DNA from: an uncultured Gammaproteobacteria bacterium
GTDB lineage: Bacteria > Patescibacteriota > Microgenomatia > UBA8517
DNA: 64,000 nucleotides
Assembly (NCBI GenBank): GCA_964524515.1
Contig: CAZGEA010000001.1
Coordinates: 297,522 to 361,521, forward strand
Direction of reading: 5' to 3'
Made by a program: the position numbers and the translations under genes. Below are positions 51,382 to 58,972 of this stretch, in pieces. The notes beneath the pieces are model-generated. The model saw only the letters and a list, made by a program, of their open reading frames with translations, was not told where the DNA came from and did not search any database. Within the stretch, counting starts at the first letter, position 1. Each line of letters begins with the position of its first letter.

Positions 51382-52845
51382 TTAATTTGTATATCCAAAT
51401 AATGGCTCGGTCAAATTTTGATTCTCACCGCTACAACTTTGATCAATTTTTTTATTCTCATACTTTTTATAGTCAGGCAAAATCAACCCTAATGCACCAA
51501 AACTCTTATCAATTTTATCTACCATACTATGTGGAAATACAATTGTATAAACAGGACTATTACTCGCAGGCAAATTAACATGCATATTCTTAATATAAAA
51601 CAAATACCTATAACCTAAATTATATCCAGGTTGAGTAATATAAGAAATCGAAATACAAGGATATCCATGAATTTTCGAATCTTCATTTATGTAATTTACA
51701 ATCTGTTTCCTTTGAATGTAACCACTTGCATTAATAGGATGGCTTATAAATCTGAAAACACTTACAAAAGATAGAAATAAAACCAAAAATACACCTACTA
51801 ATGATAACTTTTTTCTTCCAAATAAATACAAAATAAACATAACAATAACAAGCATCCACACAAAATTTAAACTATTTAAATAATATTCCGATAAAATTTT
51901 TGAGTAATTAGCAAAAAAAGTAATCACCATTAAAATCCACCCAACCAAAACACTCGCAATATTTTTATTCAAAACTCTTTTGTAAATCAAAAAACCAAAA
52001 AATAATAAAATAATTAATGACGGTAGCCAAAAACTTACATTAAAACTTTGGCCAATAAATAAATTTGTAATATTTTTATATGCTAAATACAAAGTTCTTT
52101 CTAATTTTGTAGCATTATAAACAGTATCGCTTTGCGAAGTTGTAACTGATAAAAATAAATATCTAGATTGTAAAAAATTATTTCTCAACTCAAAAAGAAT
52201 CAATGGTAAAAGACCAAAAAGACTTGAAACAGTAAAATATAGTATAGATTTTTTAGATGGTATCTTTTTAGACAATAAAATAGAAATAAAAACCAAAGGA
52301 ATCAAAAGGATTAACCCCATATTCACATGCCAAATCAAACCAACCAATAATCCAATTAACAAATAACCAAAATTATTATTTTTAAAAATCAAATAAATAC
52401 CATAAAAAAACCAGATACAAAATAATAAAAACAATGGCTGAGTCGGTACTACTTCTCTTTCATTTATTGAAAGAAAATAACTCGTTGAATGAAAAAATGC
52501 AGCCAAATAACCAGCATCTATCGAAAAAATCTTTTTAAAGACAATATAAAAACTAAAAGTTGTTAATGCACCAAGAATTGATACTGCAAAAACTCCACCT
52601 ATTGGATCCATTCCAAACAATAAATAAAATGGGACTAAAAAATAATAAAAATAAGGTCCAATATAAATTCCAGAAGTTGATGTTTCCTGTCCTATTAATC
52701 TAAAATTCCCATGAACAATATCTTTAACAAACCAGCCAATTAAATCTTGGTCATGAGAATATAAAAAAAGATCAGGTGCACGATAAAGTCTAAAGAAAAA
52801 ACTAATTAAAACAAATATTAATATTGGTGTTATAAATTTCTTCAC
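51382..52845 (-). CDS. ArnT-like GT-C membrane glycosyltransferase (paralog 2, divergent first-loop motif HDQDLIG)
   Basis: SHDQDLIGWF...GIYIGPYFYYFLVPFYLL is colinear with 39003, 52842 and 55301. Confidence 0.55.
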   Translation of the reverse strand: MKKFITPILIFVLISFFFRLYRAPDLFLYSHDQDLIGWFVKDIVHGNFRLIGQETSTSGIYIGPYFYYFLVPFYLLFGMDPIGGVFAVSILGALTTFSFYIVFKKIFSIDAGYLAAFFHSTSYFLSINEREVVPTQPLFLLFCIWFFYGIYLIFKNNNFGYLLIGLLVGLIWHVNMGLILLIPLVFISILLSKKIPSKKSILYFTVSSLFGLLPLILFELRNNFLQSRYLFLSVTTSQSDTVYNATKLERTLYLAYKNITNLFIGQSFNVSFWLPSLIILLFFGFLIYKRVLNKNIASVLVGWILMVITFFANYSKILSEYYLNSLNFVWMLVIVMFILYLFGRKKLSLVGVFLVLFLSFVSVFRFISHPINASGYIQRKQIVNYINEDSKIHGYPCISISYITQPGYNLGYRYLFYIKNMHVNLPASNSPVYTIVFPHSMVDKIDKSFGALGLILPDYKKYENKKIDQSCSGENQNLTEPLFGYTN

Positions 52846-54332
52846 AAGCGTATTCTTCTTTGAACAATAATTCCACCAAAACGTGCTTCCTTTTCAACTT
52901 TTCCAATTCCCTCTTGTCGATTAAGCCATGTATTCAGTCTCTCAGGATGTGGCGGATCAACTTCATACAAAGTATATAAAGGACTAATAATTTCAGTTGA
53001 CGGCTCATATCCTTTCACTCTTCCTCCATACCATCTAAACAAATAATCATAAGAATGAGGAATTACTGGGGGAACATAAACATCAACAGAAAACTGCCTA
53101 AAATTTGCATCAGAATAAATCCAATCCATAGCCTTTTTTTGATTACCCAATGCAATTGTCGATTCACCGTCAAGTTTGTCTGAATATCTATTAATTGAAA
53201 GAGCAATATTGTTTCTAAAAAATGCAAAGAAAAATACTAAAACAAAAATTTTACCAAGTCTATATTTCCATATTTGACTAAGCACAATTCCAAACATAAG
53301 AATAAAAATTAAATAATATCCAGTAACATAATAATCATAAAAATTCCCTTCATTTCCTTGAAAAAATAGTATTCCCACATACAAAGTAGTTAAAAATATA
53401 ATTAAAATTCTAGATAATTTATTTTTAAGAAATTTAGGTATATTTATTAGGAAAAATAACAAAACAACAATCAACAATATGTTTTCAAGTTGCCCTCTTG
53501 ATTCAAAAATTTTATTAACAAAAACATCAATATAAAAATTAGTTCTTAATTGAATTATTTTCCAAAAATCAATTTTAAAACTTTGATCTCCAACAAAAAA
53601 TTTAAGAATATTATTTCTAAGTATTCCATCATGCCTTAAATCAAAAACTAAAAGTGGCAAAAACGTTACAAAAAAAGAAACAAAACTTAATAATAAAACT
53701 TTAATTGATGGCCTATTTTTCCAATTAAAAATTAAAAATATAAATATTGCTGGAAAATAGAAAAATTCACCAGATGAACCGAAGTGAAACAATGATGATC
53801 CTGCAATAAATCCTAAAAATATCCAATAGAAGTTGTAGCCCTTCGCAATTTTATATAGACAATAAACAAGTAAAACAGACAACAAAAACATCGGAGTTGG
53901 GTTTGAAAGCCAACGCGAAGAAAGAACAATATTAAATGAAAAAGCACCAACAGCAAGTGCAATAATTCCTGCAGCATTTCCAAACTCACGTTTTCCCAGT
54001 ATATAAACAAAAAATAAACCTAAAACTGTTAGTATTGATAAAAATACTGAGACAAAAACTGGATTACCATTACCCAAGAAATAAGCTGGAGTTATCAAAT
54101 AATAATAAAAAGGGCCCCTAAATATTCCAGCAATTCCAGTTGTCGGTCCAATTAAAAATATTTTTTTGTATTCAATTAAGTCAAAAACTACATTTGCATC
54201 TCTTCCTTGATCAAAATAAAATCCCAACACTTGATCAATTCTATATACACGAAACCACAAAGCAAAAACCAAAATGGTAATCAAAAAAAATGGAATTAAT
54301 AATTTTTTATATTCTATTTTAAATTTCTGCAT
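52842..54332 (-). CDS. ArnT-like GT-C membrane glycosyltransferase (paralog 3)
   Basis: YFDQGRDANVV...GIFRGPFYYYLITPAYFL is colinear with the other paralogs. Confidence 0.6.
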   Translation of the reverse strand: MQKFKIEYKKLLIPFFLITILVFALWFRVYRIDQVLGFYFDQGRDANVVFDLIEYKKIFLIGPTTGIAGIFRGPFYYYLITPAYFLGNGNPVFVSVFLSILTVLGLFFVYILGKREFGNAAGIIALAVGAFSFNIVLSSRWLSNPTPMFLLSVLLVYCLYKIAKGYNFYWIFLGFIAGSSLFHFGSSGEFFYFPAIFIFLIFNWKNRPSIKVLLLSFVSFFVTFLPLLVFDLRHDGILRNNILKFFVGDQSFKIDFWKIIQLRTNFYIDVFVNKIFESRGQLENILLIVVLLFFLINIPKFLKNKLSRILIIFLTTLYVGILFFQGNEGNFYDYYVTGYYLIFILMFGIVLSQIWKYRLGKIFVLVFFFAFFRNNIALSINRYSDKLDGESTIALGNQKKAMDWIYSDANFRQFSVDVYVPPVIPHSYDYLFRWYGGRVKGYEPSTEIISPLYTLYEVDPPHPERLNTWLNRQEGIGKVEKEARFGGIIVQRRIRL

Positions 54333-55291
54333 ACATTCAATATCTTATCAATTCCTTGGGAAAAATTCATATCGTAAAGTCTAGCAGCCGATGCCCACTT
54401 GTGGCCTCCGCCTCCAAGTTCAATTGCAATCTTTGAAACATCAACGCCAGTTCTCGATCTAAAACTGACAGATATAAAATTTGGTGACTCTTCAATTGCA
54501 ATAAATCCAAAATCAGTATTTTCAATACTTTGAATTAAAATATCAGCCAACTCACTTTTAGCCCCGTCAATATGACCCAATTTTTGATATTCTTCATAAT
54601 TTAATGCAGACCAAACAATCTTTTTATCTTGATCAATCTGAATTTTTTCCATTATTTTTCCCCAAAGTTTTACATGATCAAGTGAATATGATTGATATAA
54701 ACTTCTTATTATTTTATTCTTATCTGCAAACTTCATCAATTCAGCAACTACATCAAAAGTAATTTCATTTGCTTCAGGAAATCTCAAAGCTCCTGTATCC
54801 CCAATTATTCCCGTTAACAAATCTTGAGCAATTGAATTATTAATTTCAATCTTCATGTCATTAATAATAAAATAAACCAATTCGCAATTAGCAGCGATAT
54901 TAAACTTTACTAAATTAATATCTCCATACATTTCATTTGTCTCATGATGATCAATAACAATAATTGGAATATCAAAAATTGGAATATCACGCCTCCCAGT
55001 CACCCTATTCCAACCAGCAGAATCAAGAGTAATAAATAAATCAAAAGACGAATAATCAAAATTTGAATAATCTATTGTTTTCACTTTATCTGAATTTGCC
55101 AAAAATTCTAAATTACCAGGTAAATTATGTGGACAAACAATTGAAACATTTTTATTCATTTGAGTTAATAATTCATAAAATGCCAATGCAGATCCCACAG
55201 AATCAGCATCAGGACTTGCATGACAATTAACCAAAATGTTTGAAGAGTTTTTTATCTTTTCTAAAATAAGAGATGACTCGGGATAATTCAT
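54314..55291 (-). CDS. nrnA: DHH-family phosphoesterase, NrnA-type (bifunctional oligoribonuclease / pAp phosphatase)
   Basis: CHASPDADSVGSA is the DHH motif I region, and DHHETN is present. GGGGHKWA resembles a DHHA1 GGGH motif. Confidence 0.75.
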   Translation of the reverse strand: MNYPESSLILEKIKNSSNILVNCHASPDADSVGSALAFYELLTQMNKNVSIVCPHNLPGNLEFLANSDKVKTIDYSNFDYSSFDLFITLDSAGWNRVTGRRDIPIFDIPIIVIDHHETNEMYGDINLVKFNIAANCELVYFIINDMKIEINNSIAQDLLTGIIGDTGALRFPEANEITFDVVAELMKFADKNKIIRSLYQSYSLDHVKLWGKIMEKIQIDQDKKIVWSALNYEEYQKLGHIDGAKSELADILIQSIENTDFGFIAIEESPNFISVSFRSRTGVDVSKIAIELGGGGHKWASAARLYDMNFSQGIDKILNVCRNLK

Positions 55292-55300
55292 TTTATTTAG

Positions 55301-56890
55301 TTACTTTTTTGAATGAACTAATTTATAAATTGTTACCCCATACAAATCCCATTCATTTTCAATTTTGCTCCAACCAAAATTAGCAACTTCAGCTTTTGAA
55401 TTATGAGTTGGATCGCATTTAGATTTATCAAGTTCACATACAACAAATAATTGATTTGCAATTGTCTCATCTGCTTTTTGAGGATCAATTTGAACCAAAT
55501 ATGATCCATTTTTTTCCATAAAATACTGATATGCACCTTCATAATTACGCTCTGCAATAACTGCAAAATTAAAATTTTGACCGTTTGATTCTTCAATAAT
55601 TTTATTAGCTACATCAGCAGATCTTTGAAGTTGTCTATTTGGTGAATATTTAATTGGATTTTCATTCAAATTAACAATAATTAAAAAGATCAAAATGGTT
55701 AATAAAAAAATATTTCCCAACAATTTTACCTTTTTAACATGACCCAAAATTCCACCCAACAATATAAAAAGAGCAGGAGCTAAAAATCCATAATAATGGT
55801 CATATATTTCTTGCTTATAAAGGGACAATCCAACAACTCCAATTCCCAACCATATAAATAAAAATATAAATGCCTGTTTCTCCTTTGAAGTTAATTTTTG
55901 CCTATATAATCCAAATATCCATGCTAGGGCTGCTAAATATCCTACCACCAACCAACCACCAACGTATTCATTTTTTGCAGAAACCAATCTACTTGTTATT
56001 TTATCAAGCTGCGGTATAACTTTTGCAAAACCACTCCATGGTTTAATAGAAACAGTCGTTTGTCGATCAGTAAAGAATTTCTCAATTGCAGAAAAATTTC
56101 GCCAATCATGCCTTGCATCAAATATAACAAGTGGTGACATCAAAAATCCAAATATAAATATTCCCAATAAACTAAATTTCAAAATCCTAAATATTTCTTT
56201 ACTATTTTTCCTATTTTGAATTTCTTTATAAAAGACCAAAAACCAAAAAATCAAAACAACAGGTAGGATCAATAATCCTAAATAATGTGATTGCATTACA
56301 AATGCAAAACTCAAACCAACAATAGGAAGCCAAAAAACCTCTCTATTTTGCCAAAATCTCCATATTCCATAGACAGTCAAAAGTGCAAAAAATGGCATGA
56401 TATTTGGATTCCACGAAGATTTTGTATAAATAATAATAGTAGGAGCTATAGCATATAAAATTGATGCAGCAAAAGCAGCAACTCTACCAAACATATCTCG
56501 TGTGGCATACCACACCAAGAAAATTGTCAAAACTCCAAAAAAAGCAACTAATATAGAAGGGCCAATTGGAGAAAAATTAAACAATAATAAAGCAGGGGCA
56601 ATAAAATAATAATAAAGTGGCCCCAAATACATATTTCCAATTGAAGTTCCAGGGCCCACCAATATGATATCAGCATTTACCAATAATCTTCTAACAACCA
56701 AAGCATCACGACCTTCATCTCCCAAAAAAGTCATATACTCACCAATTCGATAAAATCTAAAAAAGGAACCTATTAAAATTATTCCAACTAAAAACAAAAA
56801 TTCAGTTTTATTATTTTTAATAAACGTCGTACTATTTTTAATGAAACTTTTTATTTTTTGCATTGCTAAATTTACTTTAATTTTACCCAT
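55301..56890 (-). CDS. ArnT-like GT-C membrane glycosyltransferase (paralog 4)
   Basis: LGDEGRDALVV compares with ArnT DETRYAEI. It is followed by GNMYLGPLYYYFIAPALLL. Confidence 0.65.
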   Translation of the reverse strand: MGKIKVNLAMQKIKSFIKNSTTFIKNNKTEFLFLVGIILIGSFFRFYRIGEYMTFLGDEGRDALVVRRLLVNADIILVGPGTSIGNMYLGPLYYYFIAPALLLFNFSPIGPSILVAFFGVLTIFLVWYATRDMFGRVAAFAASILYAIAPTIIIYTKSSWNPNIMPFFALLTVYGIWRFWQNREVFWLPIVGLSFAFVMQSHYLGLLILPVVLIFWFLVFYKEIQNRKNSKEIFRILKFSLLGIFIFGFLMSPLVIFDARHDWRNFSAIEKFFTDRQTTVSIKPWSGFAKVIPQLDKITSRLVSAKNEYVGGWLVVGYLAALAWIFGLYRQKLTSKEKQAFIFLFIWLGIGVVGLSLYKQEIYDHYYGFLAPALFILLGGILGHVKKVKLLGNIFLLTILIFLIIVNLNENPIKYSPNRQLQRSADVANKIIEESNGQNFNFAVIAERNYEGAYQYFMEKNGSYLVQIDPQKADETIANQLFVVCELDKSKCDPTHNSKAEVANFGWSKIENEWDLYGVTIYKLVHSKK

Positions 56891-57576
56891 AATCTAAACA
56901 AATCAATAAAACTTTGAATAATCACATCAAGTGATGCACCAGTTCCATGCCCTTCAACTCTTGGATAATGAGTTGTCGGAATCTCAACAATTGAAAAATT
57001 ATGTTTTCTAGATTTTATTAATAATTCACTACTAATAAATGCACCTCTCTCACTTTCCAATGGTTCAATTGTGTCAATTACTTTCTTAGAAATCAATTTA
57101 AACCCACAATCAATATCTCGAACTTTCAAACCAAATAAAATAAATACAGACATTTGCCAAATAAAAGTATTAATTTTTCTATAAAAAGGAACTTTTCTAT
57201 TTCTATAATATCCAATCACCAAATCAGCATTTGTTTCATTTTGCTTATCTATAAAATTAACAACTTCAGAAAAATCAAATTGACCGTCAGAATCAGTAAA
57301 AGTTATCCATTTATATTTTGAAGTATAAAGTCCGCTTTTAAGTGCTGCTCCATATCCACGATTTGGATCATGGTTAATTATTTTAATATTTTTATTTTTA
57401 TCGACGTATTTTTGAACTACATCTTTAGTTTTATCTTTTGATCCATCGTTTATGATTATTAATTCCCATTTCTCGCTTATTTCAGGCAATATCAAAACTG
57501 CCTTTTCAATTGTTTTTCCAATATTTTTCTCTTCATTGTAAGCTGGAAAAAACACAGACAACTCTTTTATTTTCAT
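56872..57576 (-). CDS. GT2 polyprenol-phosphate glycosyltransferase (DPM1-like, soluble)
   Basis: LSVFFPAYNEEKNI...LIIINDGSKDKT has the DxD region. It is followed by the FTDSDGQ region. Confidence 0.8.
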   Translation of the reverse strand: MKIKELSVFFPAYNEEKNIGKTIEKAVLILPEISEKWELIIINDGSKDKTKDVVQKYVDKNKNIKIINHDPNRGYGAALKSGLYTSKYKWITFTDSDGQFDFSEVVNFIDKQNETNADLVIGYYRNRKVPFYRKINTFIWQMSVFILFGLKVRDIDCGFKLISKKVIDTIEPLESERGAFISSELLIKSRKHNFSIVEIPTTHYPRVEGHGTGASLDVIIQSFIDLFRLWVKLK

Positions 57577-57601
57577 AATTTGTTACAGTTTATCATGCCA
57601 A

Positions 57602-58777
57602 TTGAATCCATGTATAATTAAAACAATGCAAAAATCATTAAAGGTTTTCTTAATAATAATTTTTCTTGCAATTGCTCCAATACTTGTTGTTTGGCTTCCA
57701 TTTCTACTTGAAATAAAATCATTTATGGGTATTCCTATTGCTCAAGGTGGATTAAGTGCGATAGTTTCAAATTACGATGGACCACTATATATTGTCATTG
57801 CTAAAACTTTTTATAATTTTGATTTAATCAAAAACTTCCCATTTAGCCTTCCAGTTGAATACTACGCAGCTCACTTTCCACTTTTTCCAATTATAATTCG
57901 CGCTTTTGGGCAATTTACGGGTTATATTTACGGTGGCTTAATTGCAAGCATCTTAGGTTCAATCTTTGCATTAAGTTATTTTTATTTACTTGCAAAAATG
58001 TATTTAAAACCACAAAACGCATTATGGCTTACTGCAATTTTTTCAATTTTCCCTGTTAGATTCTTAATAGTCAGATCAGTTGTCTCCCCTGAAGCATTAT
58101 TTTTAGGTGCTATTATTGCTTCCATTTTTTACTTCCAAAAGAAAAATTATTTTCTAGCAGGAATTTTTGGAGCTATTGCACAAATGACCAAATCTCCAGC
58201 AATTATTTTATTTATCTCATACTTTATTACGATAACTTTTCCATACATTTCCAAAATGGTTATGGGAAAACTTAAAAAAATAGAGCTTTATTCACTCAGT
58301 TCGATCTTTATATTTTTAATTCCCTTATCCTTAGTTTTAGTTTTTGGAATTTATTATTTTCAAATGGGCAATTTCTTTGCTTATTTTAATTCTGGAGATA
58401 ATATTCACTTATTTTTTCCACCATTCCAAATATTTAATTATTCTCAATCTTGGGTCGGTAGCCATTGGCTAGAAGATATAATTTTTATATATTTACTCTC
58501 TCTAACTGGAATCGCCAGCTTATATAAATTAAAAGATAAAGCCATGTTTTATTTTTGTTCTATATTTTTCATTGCAATAATATTTGTTTCCCACAGAGAT
58601 ATTTCAAGATATATTTTGCCAATTACTCCATTTTTATTAATTGGATTATCAAAATTTTTAATCAAAAAACAATTTAAAATAATATTATTAATTCTTTTAC
58701 TTCCAATGCTACTTTACTCCATTGCGTTTATTTCGAACAATATTATGCCAATAGGAAATTGGACACCTCTGCTATAA
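57602..58777 (+). CDS. PIG-V-like mannosyltransferase family membrane protein (GT76-like)
   Basis: NYDGPLYIVIAKTFY...YYAAHFPLFP parallels the WDAxHY...FFPLYP signature also seen in 25049-26230. The ORF opens with TTG at 57602; an ATG at 57626 (MQKSLKV) is the more probable start, with a TATAAT hexamer at ~57612. Confidence 0.45.
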   Translation: MNPCIIKTMQKSLKVFLIIIFLAIAPILVVWLPFLLEIKSFMGIPIAQGGLSAIVSNYDGPLYIVIAKTFYNFDLIKNFPFSLPVEYYAAHFPLFPIIIRAFGQFTGYIYGGLIASILGSIFALSYFYLLAKMYLKPQNALWLTAIFSIFPVRFLIVRSVVSPEALFLGAIIASIFYFQKKNYFLAGIFGAIAQMTKSPAIILFISYFITITFPYISKMVMGKLKKIELYSLSSIFIFLIPLSLVLVFGIYYFQMGNFFAYFNSGDNIHLFFPPFQIFNYSQSWVGSHWLEDIIFIYLLSLTGIASLYKLKDKAMFYFCSIFFIAIIFVSHRDISRYILPITPFLLIGLSKFLIKKQFKIILLILLLPMLLYSIAFISNNIMPIGNWTPLL

Positions 58778-58801
58778 TCTTAAATATAATTTATTCTTAA
58801 T

Positions 58802-58972
58802 ATGACACAGGAAAGATTAAATCTCACAGCTTGGCGTGGAAAAGAATTTCTTCTTAAACTATCAGGAAAAGAGGCAACCAGAAGGATAAAAAGATTTCAA
58901 GAAGATCAAAATCCAAAAATTAAATACGATATTGATAAAATTACTTCTTCTGTTTTGAACCCTTCCAAATAA
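58802..58972 (+). CDS. small lysine-rich hypothetical protein (56 aa), speculative
   Basis: An ATG-initiated ORF, MTQERLNLTAWRGKEFLLKLSGKEATRRIKRFQEDQNPKIKYDIDKITSSVLNPSK, lies in the 164-bp gap and overlaps the 3' end of the downstream minus-strand gene by ~30 nt. Confidence 0.2.
   Translation: MTQERLNLTAWRGKEFLLKLSGKEATRRIKRFQEDQNPKIKYDIDKITSSVLNPSK

Noticed and set aside
51382-54332. Possibility that the adjacent ORFs 51382-52845 and 52842-54332 are one frameshifted gene
   Set aside because: Each has its own N-terminal first-loop motif (HDQDLIG / DQGRDA) and a full complement of TM segments. The 4-nt overlap is the typical ATGA coupling. They are paralogs, not fragments.
55333-55596. 87-aa same-strand alternative-frame ORF within the ArnT-like gene at 55301-56890
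   Set aside because: It sits in a different frame of a well-supported CDS and has a low-complexity K/L/I-rich translation.
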